A program made the position numbers and the translations under genes. From contig OZ024741.1 of NCBI GenBank assembly GCA_964016885.1, positions 158,596,001-158,660,000 on the forward strand: a DNA stretch of 64,000 bases, read 5' to 3'. Origin of the DNA: Eledone cirrhosa (taxonomy: Eukaryota). Under the pieces are notes generated by a model, which saw only the letters and a program-made list of their open reading frames with translations, was not told the DNA's origin and searched no databases. Below are positions 1 through 12,817 of this stretch, in pieces; position 1 is the first letter of the stretch, and each line of letters opens with the position of its first letter.

Positions 1-47
1 TAATTGCTGGCCTTGTGCCAAAAAGTAGAAACAATTATTAATATTGT

Positions 48-235
48 GTGGATTGACAGTATCGGTAGAGGGTCGGGCGCCATGCTTTCCAGCATAGAGT
101 TACGTCCCTTTACGGACTGAGTTCAAATCCCGCCGAGGTTAACTTAGCCTTTCATCCTTCCGGGGTCGATAAAATAAAGTACCAGTAATGTACTTGGTAA
201 TTGCTGGCCTTGTGCCTAAAGTAGAAACAATTATT
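48..235 (+). mobile_element. tRNA-derived SINE family S1, part of a head-to-tail cluster at 1-615
   Basis: B-box GAGTTCAAATCC, core GCCTTTCATCCTTCCGGGGTCGATAAAATAAAGTACCAG, tail TTGCTGGCCTTGTGCCTAAAGTAGAAACAATTATT; more than 15 copies or fragments in the window. Confidence 0.85.
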
Positions 236-248
236 ACTATTGTGACGA

Positions 249-615
249 GGGTGGTGAATTGGCAGTGCTAATAGAGAGTCGAACAAAATGCTTTGCTGTA
301 TTTAGTTACAATTTTCTATGTTCTGAGTTCAAATCCTGCCGGGGTGAACTTTGCCTTTCATCCTTCCAGGATCGATAAAATAAGCAACAATTAATTACTG
401 GGGTTGATATAATCCCAGACCTGTCACCGTCGGACGGTGAGATCTCCCACCCACTTTGGTGAAAATGGGTATAGCTTTCATTATGTAAAATCTCCCCGTT
501 TTGGGGCACCTTTTTTCATGGTACTCCTCGCTTGGGTTTTTAGAGGTTGGCAGGTCTGAAATCCACATTCCTCCATTAAATTGCTAGCCTTGTGCCTAAA
601 TCAAAAATCAGTGTT
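249..615 (+). mobile_element. SINE S1, diverged, interrupted by a MITE at 416-558
   Basis: Head, B-box and core at 249-410; tail TTGCTAGCCTTGTGCCTAAA resumes at about 580. Confidence 0.7.
416..558. mobile_element. Small TIR element (MITE), superfamily unassigned
   Basis: TIRs CAGACCTGTCACC ... GGTTGGCAGGTCTG; near-duplicated flanks TAATCC/AAATCC. Confidence 0.6.
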
Positions 616-1189
616 AATACTGTGACGTCATCCACCCAGACAAAAGCGTAACTTCCTCATAATCATTACATCATAACTATAGTGTTTTCACTACACCCAC
701 ACCGTCTACTTTTTCACTATTACTGTTACCTATACGTCACACCCACTAAGCCCACCCGATGGTGATATCCTGTCAGTATGTATTCCTCATTTGGTTTTCA
801 CAAACCATTCTGAAAAAAAGCGTGGCTGAGTAAGAAGAGAGATAAAAATGATGATAGTATTAGTGGTAGTGGTGGTGGGATGATGCTGGTTGTAGCAGTG
901 GGGGTGGTAGTATTACTGATGGTGGAAGTGGAGGTGGTGGTGGTGATGCTGCTGTTGGTGGTGCTAATGGTAGCAGTGGTGGCGGCGGTGGCGGTGGAAT
1001 TGGCTCTAAGAACAGTACAACATGGAATGGACATAAAGAAGTTTTAATTATATCAATGGTGGTGGTGGTGGTAATGGTAGCTACACCTAACTATTGAACA
1101 CGTTAATAGGGTGTCGTCGAACTTATAGTATTTAAATACGCCTCTACGTTCTGGGTTGAAATTTCGCGAATGTCAACTTTGGCCTTTCA

Positions 1190-1222
<33 letters not shown>

Positions 1223-1774
1223 GTCGTGTGGTCAATAGAATAATACCAGTTGAATGTTGGCGTTTTCTCCTCTAATGTACCAGTCATATTGTGGTGTTGG
1301 TAAGAAGAGCCTGAATAGTCTCTTCTGAAGCTCTTTGAGACGGTTATTATGGACAATTTCCCAAAGTCCTTATCTTGGCAGTTCTACAGAGGAGGCATTG
1401 CTTGTTCAGTTCTACATGTACGGCCATATTGGAACCACCAGCAACCAAACCTGTCCGAGATGCCAAGAAGAGTGGATAACTTTTCTGTTACGTTGCTATG
1501 GCGAAAGAAGCTGTATTGTGAACGCAGTTGAAAGTTTCGAGGACAGAGCTTTTCCTCTCAGGACAAGCCCTCACCAACTTCTTCTGACGGCACTTGAGGG
1601 GAGGGGATGTGAGGATAGAGAGGGTGGTGTTGTCTTACAGTAAGTTTTATAACATGTAGATGAGAGTATCAAAAGTAATGTGACTAAATCAGCCTCCTCT
1701 AACTATGCAGTTTGAAGTTAATGACTACAATTGGGTGAAGGCGCTTGTCTTTGATGTGTTAAGTTGTTCTAGAG

Positions 1775-2114
1775 TAGAGATTCTCAAACTTTTTGGCCCA
1801 CCGCCTCCCTCACGGCCATGTAATACCCTCAGCGCCCCCAACCCTATTTCCAGAGAGACCTGCCTACATGCAAATTGTAAATAATATATAATAAATAAAA
1901 TCGTTAATTTATATATAATAAATAATATAATATATACTATGTATAGATAAATATCATACTTTTTATTTTACTATATTTATATATAATATGTATCATTTGA
2001 TATTTAATATACTATTACATCGTCTTTACCTCCACCGCCCCCTTAGGCTCCATCGACCCCTGGACCTTCTCAATGCCCCCAGGGTGTTGGTAGCGCCCAC
2101 TTTGAAAACCTCTG
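1775..2114 (+). mobile_element. hAT (Charlie/Buster-type) MITE
   Basis: TIRs TAGAGATTCTCAAAC ... CTTTGAAAACCTCTG; perfect 8-bp TSD TTCTAGAG (1767-1774 and 2115-2122); homologous copies at 26350 and 31454. Confidence 0.85.
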
Positions 2115-2499
2115 TTCTAGAGACTGTGTGTGAGTGGCCCAAATTACCCTATGCGGTTTCTTTCCTATATTCTTTTAGTTTTTAGTTACGACTTCCTATG
2201 TCCTCAGTTCAAATCCCGCCGAGCTCAGCCTTGTCTAGAATCGATGAAATAAAGTACCAGTTAAAAGTACTGTGGTCGAAATAATCGAGTCCTCCTCGCC
2301 AAATTGCTGGCCTTGTGTCAGTATTAGGAAGGACTATTACCTATTTACTTATGTTGCCCTATTGTTATTGTTAAACCAGCCACCCCTTTTACTCAATATA
2401 ACCCCACCTCCACTCTGTCTTGCCTGTTGTTTTCTACCGTATTTATTTTGCTTTTGTATTTTGTCCTCAATGTCTTGGGCACTTGTGGGGGAATATAAG

Positions 2500-2632
2500 A
2501 AATGGTGGCGGTGGTGGCAGTGGTGGTGACGGTGGTGGCAGTGGCGGTGGTGGCAGTGGTGGTGGAGGTGACGGTGGTGGCAGTGGTGGTGGAGGTGACG
2601 GTGGTGGCAGTGGTGGTGGTGGTGGTGTTGTT
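2500..2632. repeat. (GGT)n-based trinucleotide repeat
   Basis: Visible directly. Confidence 0.9.
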
Positions 2633-2877
2633 GGCTGGTCAGACAGATGTGAGTTTTCTAATTTTATAAGATGAACTCTAACCTTCATTCTGTCTATCTT
2701 GCCGCAACTACCCCGTCTGTCTGTATGTCCCTTTTCCCTCTACCTCTTCCCCTCTAACAGCAATAACAACAACAACAATAGCAACAGTAATAATAATGAT
2801 GATCATGATTTCTTAAAGCATAGCGATGACATTTTAAAGACAATGTGGTTATTTTGTTACGGAAGTACGTTGAGTAG

Positions 2878-2909
<32 letters not shown>

Positions 2910-3106
2910 ATGTATGTATGTATGTATGTATGTATGTATGTATGTATGTATGTATGTATGTATGTACGCACGCACATATGTATGTGTGGGTGTATGTATA
3001 TATATGTATGTCAGTGTGGGTGTATGTGTGTATATATGTGTACGTATGCATGTATGTGTACATATGTATGTGTATGTATGTATGTATGTATGTGTACATA
3101 TGTATG

Positions 3107-3147
<41 letters not shown>

Positions 3148-3328
3148 GTACACATGTATGTATATATATATATATGTATGTATGTATGTATGTGTACATA
3201 TGTATGTATATGTATGTATGTATATATGTGTACATATGTATGTGTATGTATGTATGTATGTATGTGTACATATGTATGTATATATATATATATATGTATG
3301 TATGTATGTGTACATATGTATGTATATA

Positions 3329-3364
<36 letters not shown>

Positions 3365-3500
3365 TGTGTACATATGTATGGATATGTATGTATGTATATA
3401 TGTGTATATATGTATGTGTATGTATGTATGTATGTATGTGTACATATGTATGTATATATATATATATGTATGTATGTATGTGTACATATGTATGTATATA

Positions 3501-3536
<36 letters not shown>

Positions 3537-3672
3537 TGTGTACATATGTATGTATATGTATGTATGTATATATGTGTACATATGTATGTGTATGTATGTA
3601 TGTATGTATGTATGTGTACATATGTATGTATATATATATATATGTATGTATGTATGTGTACATATGTATGTA

Positions 3673-3708
<36 letters not shown>

Positions 3709-3874
3709 TGTATGTATGTATGTATGTATGTATGTATGTGTACATATGTATGGATATGTATGTATGTATATATGTGTATATATGTATGTGTATGTATGTA
3801 TGTATGTATGTGTACATATGTATGTATATATATATATATGTATGTATGTATGTGTACATATGTATGTATATATA

Positions 3875-3909
<35 letters not shown>

Positions 3910-4036
3910 GTACATATGTATGTATATGTATGTATATATGTGTACATATGTATGTGTATGTATGTATGTATGTATGTGTACATATGTATGTATATATATA
4001 TATATGTATGTATGTATGTATGTGTACATATGTATG

Positions 4037-4068
<32 letters not shown>

Positions 4069-4075
4069 CGTATGT
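2878..4075. repeat. Complex (TATG)n/(TA)n microsatellite with recurring GTGTACATAT subunit
   Basis: Visible directly; source of six spurious long ORFs. Confidence 0.95.
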
Positions 4076-4455
4076 CGGCTGGCTCATCATACTTTAGGAA
4101 GCTAGGATGAATTAACCGGGAAATGGGAGAGGTTCTTATACCACAAGAAAGTTGGCTTAGCTTGATTTGGCTTGGATTGGTTCGGCTTGATTCACTTCTC
4201 ATTTGCTTGTTAAACCATCATCTCTCACTCCCTCTCCCTCGCTTTCTTCATCTCTCATTCTTTCCCATTTTTCACCCTCTCTCTGCCTCTCTCATCATCA
4301 TGTCTCTCGTTCACTCCCATTGCCCTCTTTCGCTAACACACACACACACACGCCTTCCCCCCTCCCGCTATCCTTTCACACGTTCCCAGGAATAAATACA
4401 TCTATATATAAAGATTTCCCGTCATAATTATGGAATGTATTCCATGGCAGATGAA

Positions 4456-4525
<70 letters not shown>

Positions 4526-5294
4526 ACACTCAGTCTTTAAATGGTTTGAGTGAATTGAAGAAAGGTCAGAAACTCATCACGGTGTAGAAAAGGCAAAAAT
4601 AGAATCATCACCATCTCCACTCCCACCTCCCATCCTCACCACCTTCATCATCACCATCATCATCATCATCACCACCAATCTTATCATCATAATTATCATC
4701 CTCACCATCGCCATCACTATCATCACCCCCCACCCCCACCCCCCCCATCACGATAATCATCATCATCATTGCCGCCATCGCCATTAACATCATCACTCTC
4801 AACAATATTATCATTGCCACTACCTTTAACATCACCGCCATTTCCATCATTATCTTTATAGGCCCCACCCCACCCCACCACCACCACCATTAATTAGATT
4901 TGGTCCATCTAAAGCAGAATACATATTCCCATATTTCTTGAGATTGGAAGAAATCTGTTCACGGCTGAGTGTTTAAATGTGTAGGGAGAAAATTCTCTGT
5001 TTATCAACAGTGATACATTTTATTTCCAAATTAGTTCAATCCATCTGAATGTTGGTTGTACTTGGGCCCATAGCTAGGATAGTGGGTGGGTGCGGGTTAC
5101 TAGATGGCATCTCCCCATTACCTACTTTTCAATGGTGCAGCCATAGATTTAGAATAATTTACAGTGATATGCTTATTCCGTAACTCCGCCTTGAAATTAT
5201 TGTAAATAAAATGTTCAAAATCCTCTCTCTCTCTCGAACACCAAAGCCCGGAGATGAGCCGGACTGAACTAAGTAGGAAGAAGTCATTTGTATG

Positions 5295-5445
5295 TATGGA
5301 CTTGTAACTCCTGGTGAAGCCGCGGGGCGCCGTAGTGACACACAGCGTGTTTGGGGCATTTAAAACATGGCGGAGCTTATGCTGTGTTCACCAGGCCTGA
5401 ACACAGCTATTTTCTTCCAGGGAAAGATAAAGTGAGTGATAGAGG
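5295..5445 (+). repeat. Unclassified ~140-bp interspersed repeat
   Basis: GTAACTCCTGGTGAAG...GTAGTGACACACAGC...GGGCATTT...CCAGGCCTGAACA; homologs at 42915-43047 (+), 61772-61830 (+) and 62005-62127 (-). Confidence 0.65.
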
Positions 5446-6519
5446 CGATGTGAAAAAGAAATATAAAGAATCAACCCCAACATTGAACTGGTACGTCTAC
5501 TGATCACGATAGGATTAAAAACAAAGCTGACATCAGCAGAATTTGAACTCAGGGCACAGAGCGCCGGAACGAATACCGCAACCATTCCACCTGAAGATCT
5601 ACCGATTTTGCTATTTCGCCGCCCAAGCAAGTCATCTAGTAATGTTATTCATGATAGACTCAAGTGATGTCCAGTGTGGTTAGTCTAGTTAGTAATTAAG
5701 TCATCAATTGAAATCATGTCCAGAGTGGTTGGACTAGGTATCATAGTAAACAGGTTATCTTGTAATGCATTTCTGGTGGACCAGGATGATTAGACTGTTT
5801 AGTAAGCAGATCATCTGGTAATGTTATATATGATGGAGTCTTACTAGAGTCTTGTCCAATACTTGATTTATCTCTTACCTACTTTGAAACCACAGTGTTC
5901 TGTGTATTCGGTTTAGAATAGGTACACCATATCCCTGCCTGTCGTAAGAGGCGACTGTGAGAATTGGCACCAGGAGGAGCATCTGGCTGTAAAATATTGA
6001 AAAATATTCCAGCCAGATCTGCCCTTCTTTTCCCCCTCCCCTTTTTCTCATTACTTAATTTTGTTTTTATCTTTCTTTTTCATATTTCCATCATTGTATA
6101 GCTTCGTTTTTATTTGTAATGTAATTTATATAACTGTATTTTTATATAACTCTGATAACTTTGATAGGTTTTGGCCAGTATTGGCCCAGGCCATGTCTAA
6201 CTTAATAGCCCTAACTTAATAGCTCTAACTTAATAAATTAATAACTCTTTAAGACAAAAAAAAAAAAAAATGGTAATGAAACTAAAAATACGCCGTTGCC
6301 TTTATAGGCCTTTCAAGAATAAAGAGTAATTTGCATTTATATTTTTTTCTGTTCAACTGAAACAAGTTTATTGACAGAAACTCAACCACTAAATATGCTA
6401 AACCAAATAGCTCACAGATATGCTATTTTCTTTTCTTTCACACCAACACTACAACTACTACAACTGTCTTTCTCTATATGAACTACCAACTGACACAGTG
6501 AATTACAGGTATAGTGCAT

Positions 6520-6690
6520 TCGACGGGTTTTCAAACAGTTTCCGTCTTCTGAATTTCACTCACAAGGCGTATGTCGACTCGAGATTATGATAAATTACAC
6601 TTGCCCTAGAGGTCACACAGTAGGATCAAACCGGAACCTAAATGATTGCGAAGCGAACTCCTTAAATATACGGCGGCAATGCTGCATCCG
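6520..6690 (-). mobile_element. tRNA-derived SINE, third family, diverged
   Basis: Minus strand reads GGAGTTCGCTTCGCAATC...GGTTCCGGTTTGATCC...GGGCAAGTG...CCTTGTGAGTGAAATT...GACGGAAACTG; related fragment near 60545-60640. Confidence 0.55.
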
Positions 6691-6944
6691 TATTATCTTT
6701 CAGCGGAACTCCACTTACCTACCTATGTAATTGTTCACACAGAAACCCCGTTAACACACAACCGAAATTATCCAGATTCACGCGCGGTGTATACATCGGT
6801 GTGTAGACATAAACAGATATTCACACATTCATCAACGCACGCATATACCTCTTTACATGTTATCCATCAACATACGCGTATACTTATATGTGTGTTTATG
6901 AACATATGAGCGTCATACTGAAGCACACAATTATCACCCTCGTT

Positions 6945-7165
6945 AATGGTTTCTAATTTAAACACAAGGCCAATAATTTGTGGGAAGGGGAAATTCAATT
7001 AAAACGCTCTGAATATTAGATTGTTACTATAATTTACCGACCTCTACAGTAATGAAAAGCAAAGAAGACCTCAGCGGGATTTGAACTTAGAACGTAAAAA
7101 TATAAAAAAAATACCGCAAGGTATTCTTTCCAACGCTTAAATGATTCTACTAATCCACTGCCTTG
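6945..7165 (-). mobile_element. SINE S1, diverged
   Basis: Reverse complement of the B-box (GGATTTGAACT) and tail (CACAAGGCCA). Confidence 0.65.
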
Positions 7166-7199
7166 AATCACTATAGTTAATAATTGAGCCTTAACTCAA

Positions 7200-8020
7200 C
7201 GACCAACATACCTTTTCTCTCAGCCTCCGGCGTCTTCTTCACGCCATCCAAATGGTTATATCAGAACCAACCATCTCCAATTGATCCGGCTGTATTTCCA
7301 AGCGAGAACAATCGAGCTCGTGGATATTATCCAACTATCTTATTCGTGGTCTCCCTCTAGGTCTTCTGCCGGTTGGCTTTGCCCGTAAAATCTGTTCATA
7401 GATTCTTTCCTTAATCTGTTGACTGTTACGTATATTTTACACAGCTACAGTTGTTGTGCTGGTTTTTTTTTTTTTTTAAAGTAAAATGACTTTTTTTAAA
7501 CAAACATTTATCAACAACACATATTTGAATGATTGACAAACGTCACATCAATAAACTAGGAACCCCATCAAGCTTTGATGTAATGAACTGTTGGAAAAGA
7601 GTTATCTCATCTACGGCACTGAAGAGGTTAAACATTCTAACCTCATCTCAGTAGTATCGGAGCTGAGATATCTCGTTTCGGGAAATAGTCGCTCTACCTG
7701 AAGCGACTCTCTGATCTCTGAGGTACGCACTCTATCGAGTAAAGTTACTCTAAAGATCTTCGAAGGAACCCCATTTCGACCGTTTGTATTCTTAATCGTA
7801 TTCTATTAGTCATTACCTAAGATTCATGAGCATAGGTAAGGATAGTTATAAACACTGAATTGAAGATAGCGAGTTCGGCTTTTACATCTACCTCTCCTAT
7901 TCTAATGGCCGCATTACTGCACCAGCTTGTACATTCTTGCATTTAATTTAGCCTCTTGCAATCCATCATTCGTACAAACGGCTCCGAGATACTTTAATTT
8001 CTCCACTTGCATCAGTGGAA
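7200..8020 (-). pseudogene. RTE-clade LINE, second family, degraded C-terminal ORF fragment
   Basis: Minus translation QILRAKPTGRRPRGRPRIR*LDNIHEL matches the RTE C-terminal GRRPRGRP..W motif; homologous pieces at 20340-20560, 22925-23210 and 27070-27260. Confidence 0.7.
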
Positions 8021-8310
8021 CTCCACTCACCTATGTAATTGTTCACAGTCACCCCGTTAATACACATATACACAGCAATGTTTCCCTGTTAGTTCTACGA
8101 TCTGTTTTATATAAATATATCTGCAGACAGGCCAATTAAACGTTTAGAACTTGTCTATATGTGTATATATATGTATGTATCTGTGTGCATACATACATAC
8201 ATACATACATATATACATACATACATACATACATAGATATATATAGTGAAGAGTGAAGAATAACATGGTCGGCTGTACAAAAAGGGTTTTATTTACAGTA
8301 TTAACAATTG

Positions 8311-8347
<37 letters not shown>

Positions 8348-8854
8348 GTGTGTGTGTGTATAATTGGCACGTACCATTATCAGCTTTGAGCCAGCTGTTC
8401 AGGGTTCGTCCGTTGACTTCACTAAATAGATATATGAGTGTGGTGTTGTGGTTGGGAGGTGGTATATTTTGTTTATAACATAGCATCAACACTGTCTAGA
8501 GAGCCTTTCATATGTATGTTTATGTACTTGTATTTCTATCTAGATTTCAACCCGCCCGTGTACGTGAGTGTTTGTATGAGGGTGTATCGGTATGTCTATC
8601 TAACTTTCAACCAACCCGCCCGTTTGTCTAGTTTATATATATATATATATATAGTCCAGAAATAACCGTCGAAACGGCTTGAGCTCTGCCGTCGGGGTCA
8701 TACTTGTTCCTATATATATATTCCCGAATCGAGATATCGCAGCTCCGATACAACTGACATATAAAATTAAATCAAATTATTTAGCACTACAAGTGAAGTC
8801 ATTCTTTTCCTATTTTTCAAATATACCTAACTGTACGAACGATCTCACACATTT

Positions 8855-8897
<43 letters not shown>

Positions 8898-8899
8898 AT

Positions 8900-9048
8900 A
8901 TATTAACAAATGGAAACTATATTTATAAAACCATATTTATTTTATTATACATATTTCAAGGGCCACCAAGGCAAATTATGGTGCGCTTTCATCAGATATA
9001 AAAATGTTTAAGCTTGTTGAATCCCAACAAATTAAATATAACCTCTGC
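8900..9048 (-). mobile_element. PLE-like family A fragment with hammerhead motif (8948-8995)
   Basis: Minus CTGATGA-stem II-GAAA-TATG-TA; homologous to 9959, 13841 and 60152; (TA)n on both sides. Confidence 0.65.
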
Positions 9049-9070
9049 ATATATATATATATATATATAT

Positions 9071-9915
9071 ACATTTTAGTACAGCATTGACGAAGCTTTA
9101 GAATACGGCCAAGCTAGCGTATATGCATAATCGGTCTGTAGCTTGAGCACTCGGATGAGAAAAGACCCCAGAGTAATAACATTACGTTCAGACAGCTTAG
9201 CAAATCAGATATAACGGTCGGCAGTCCAGCCGCATTACCAGAGCAACGAAAATACAGGACCCAGGAAAAGATTTTATACTGACCCAGACATAGCGGTGAG
9301 GCTGAGTGTAAAATATATAACTTACATCGTATATCAACAATATAGATCACAATATCACATCCAACATCAACGCTAAGTTTCTGCAAATCCAAGATCGACA
9401 AATTCCTATTGCAGGAGTCTGCAATATAATGGTTTTTGACGACAGAACATAGGATTTACTTCTTCAGCAAGTCTTTCGTTCTTAGCCAGAGCGGGTATGT
9501 TGTAACTTTAAATGTCGCCACAGACACGTGGTTTATTCCAAGAGAAGTAACCCCCGCTTAGGCGGTGAATTCTAATTTGAGATAAAGGAATGAATCCCTT
9601 TAGACAAACCGAATAAAGCACTCGACTAGAAGTTATCAAACAAACTTAAACAATTAATCAATCAATAGAATCATCTAATTAAATGAATCAGTTAATCGTT
9701 AATTCTAGGAGTAAATATACATTTTAGTACAGCATTGACGAAGCTTTAGAATACGGCCAAGCTAGCGTATATGCATAATCGGTCTGTAGCTTGAGCACTC
9801 GGATGAGGAAAGACCCCAGAGTAATAACATTACGTTCAGACAGCTTAGCAAATCAGATATAGCGGTCGGCAGTCCAGCCGCATTACCAGAGCAACGAAAA
9901 TACAGGACCCAGGAA
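9071..9915. mobile_element. Non-coding element with ~199-bp direct terminal repeats (partial tandem, period 648)
   Basis: 9071-9269 matches 9719-9917 with 2 mismatches; (TA)n on the left, A-run plus (TA)n on the right. Confidence 0.75.
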
Positions 9916-9921
9916 AAAAAA

Positions 9922-9955
<34 letters not shown>

Positions 9956-9958
9956 TAT

Positions 9959-10140
9959 ACGATATTAATAAATGGAAACTATATTTATAAAACCATATTT
10001 ATTTCATTATACATATTTCAGGGATACCACATTAAATTATGGTATGCCTTCATCAGACAAAATACAATATATAACAGTTTTACAAATAGGTTTGACGTAC
10101 CCTTTAAAATACAACCATTACTTTTGGAGGTTGTCTGGAT
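9959..10140 (-). mobile_element. PLE-like family A fragment with hammerhead motif (10010-10056)
   Basis: Minus CTGATGA AGGCATACCA..TGGTATCCCT GAAA TATG TA. Confidence 0.7.
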
Positions 10141-11622
10141 AGTGATTTGTTTATATAATAAGTCATAGTGTTAAGCACAATTAGAAAAAGACGGAGAGAA
10201 AGAAAAAAGACGGAGAGAGAGAAAGAAAAGAGAAAGAAAACCTGGAGAAATATCGGAGAGAGAGAAATGTATGGAGAAAAGAAAGAGATAGATAAAGATA
10301 GGAGGAAATAAAAAAGAAAGAAAAGGAAGGAATAATAAAAACAAAGGAAAGCAACAGAGAGATATCAAGTCATCATACAGAAAGAAAAACTCAAGAGAGA
10401 GAAATACTATATATAGAGAGAGAGGGGGGGGCAGTGACAACTTTACGTCATGTCATATTAAGTTAAGTTAACAATCTATATGAAATGAATAATAAAAATA
10501 TAAATATAAGTATCAATATTCATGAATGGGACATAGATATATAATATGAGAAATTAAACATTGTTCAATAATGACCATATGTTTAGTTTAGAAACTTGAG
10601 ATCAATATACCAAAATCTGAGTTCAAAATGTACCCTTGCTATAGAGATTAGTATTTTATGCAAAGACATACAAATATATATGTATATATACATACATATA
10701 GATACGCACGTCCTGAAAATAGAAATTATGTTTACTCAAGCCAACAATATAGCCATACAAAACGTAAATGATTTCTCTTAATCACTGCTATACATTCCTT
10801 GTGTTATAAAAATTTCACAGTATATATATACAAATATATACGATTAACAATCATGTCCTCATATATACGATTACCATTCATGTGTTTAATATTATGCACA
10901 TCTGCAACATACCTCTCAACCACATAGATATATACACATACATATATACACATACATATGTATAAATAAATATTTGCGTGCGTCCTCATGCATCACTCAT
11001 GTATATATACAGACACATATACAAACACAAAAAATCTATAACACTTTCTATGCATGTTAATACACACATATGCATTTGTATAGAGATAATCCAATATCAA
11101 TAAATTACCAAAGTATTATAATTTGCAAATATAACCATAACAATATAAACTTAAAATACCAAAGGAATATATTTTGGAAATGCAACTATATAGTAAAAAG
11201 AAATCTAGAAATATCAAAGCATTAAATATCATTAAAACACTATAGAGTATCTTAAGTTAAAATAATATGTTTTATATATTTAGTATAGAAATTTATCCTA
11301 CGTATATCTCAATCAAGATATTGAGAGGGTAGACTTGTGAAAGTTATGAGAGGCTATCATAATCAAAACAAATAAATAAAAATAATTTAAAAGATTTAAA
11401 AAATTTAAAAAACCCAATGATTCTACAGATAACCTTATATTTAGTATAGAAATTTACCTTACGTATATTTTATTTAATACATTGGAAGTATAGACATTTT
11501 AGAGTAGTTTATTGTATCCATGTTTATATTTAGGAAGAAAGTTTAAAAAGAAAAAAGTGAAGGAATCTAATGGATTATCGACAGGTTCCATATATTAACT
11601 AAAAATTACTTAATTAATTATA

Positions 11623-11900
11623 CTACATTTTAAATTTATATTTATATTTAAACGTTGAGTTCAATCTATGTCTGCAGCAACTGAATAAATTGTTCCTTAG
11701 ATTAAGGGAATTTTTGGACTTTAATATAAAGAATATTTCTTCAATACAAAGATCACAATTTTCTGAAGGAGTAGCTTCTGAAATAATATTCCAATTCATC
11801 GAATATTTAATATTATCTCGTTTTAGGTCCCATAGTAGGCTAGATAGCGAAGTTGAAGATTTTTTTGTTTGGATCTGTGAAAGAATTCTTATGATTATTG
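11623..11900 (-). pseudogene. Penelope-like element GIY-YIG endonuclease C-terminus (CxxC..CxH type)
   Basis: STSLSSLLWDLKRDNIKYSMNWNII...CDLCIEEIFFIL...LNLRNNLFSCCRH matches the T.LS..IW.LK...W.I...C.LC..E...I...LN.R.E...C.H pattern of C-terminal PLE endonucleases. Confidence 0.75.
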
Positions 11901-12106
11901 AAGCGAAATTTAAATTCAGTAGAGGTGGAACCAACATAGTTAAATGAATTTAAATTAGTTTTAACATTACAATTGTACACTACATATATTTTTTTCCATT
12001 TATCGTTTTCGGTACGCCCGGCCGACTAATTCACTCGATATGCAAATTAGGCTGCTCAGCTGTTAATATGCATAAGGAAAGTTTATACTTTCAAATGTTC
12101 AATCAT

Positions 12107-12175
12107 CTGACAGGAAGGTATACGGTGCTGACGATAGCTAATAAGCTTGAAACTAGTTCATCGTTCCTTTGTCAG
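12107..12175 (+). ncRNA. Minimal type I hammerhead ribozyme
   Basis: Stem I ACGGTG/CATCGT extended by TGACAGGAAGG/TCCTTTGTCA; core CTGACGA; stem II AGCT-AATA-AGCT; GAAA; palindromic stem III ACTAGT; GUU triplet. Confidence 0.75.
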
Positions 12176-12363
12176 TGTTGAACAAAAGGGTAACGATGGT
12201 TGCCGAACACTGTACGGCTTAATTCGAGCTGTTTGTTTACAAACAAACCGAACATTATAATAAATGTTCGGTAAACCCATACGTACATATATATATATGT
12301 GTGCATGTAAGTATATATATACATACTACTGTACGTCTGTATACATATATTTATAAATACTTA

Positions 12364-12425
<62 letters not shown>

Positions 12426-12817
12426 AATAATGATGGCTGCGCGTTGCAAATGGGGTGCATATGAAAAAGTAAGTCCTTCATCAGTGACCCTCCAACCGTC
12501 CCAGGCATTTCATCGCTTTAAGGGCCATATACCTCAGGTTGGTGCGAACAACGGCTAAAAAAAGTCGTTGGGACACGTAAATAAAGGGGACGTTAGGGTA
12601 ACAAACAAAATGGTTTAAGCAACGGAAAGTGAGAAGAAATAGACAAGTCCCAGATCTCTATGAATATAAACTCGGTGAAATCGTGAACAAGAGACAAAAG
12701 ACCATCAAACCTGGTTGAAATGTGAGCAAGGAAGGAATTTCGCACAAGTCTAACGGGAGGAAGAAGAAGAAGAAGAAGAAGAAGAAGAAGAAGGGGTCTG
12801 GTCTAATATATATATAT

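Noticed and set aside
2699-4202. Six ORFs of 359-482 aa
   Set aside because: Translations of a stop-free (TATG)n microsatellite
5300-5380. Twister or HDV-like ribozyme in the unclassified repeat
   Set aside because: TAACTCC is present, but the GCCGGT..AAGCC core and pseudoknots could not be built
5925-5960. GTCGTAAGAGGCGAC hairpin motif reminiscent of retroelement-associated repeats
   Set aside because: Isolated fragment; no larger fold or family assignment supportable
9455-9480. Minus-strand GAAA..CTGAAGA hammerhead
   Set aside because: No room for stem I and no stem II partner
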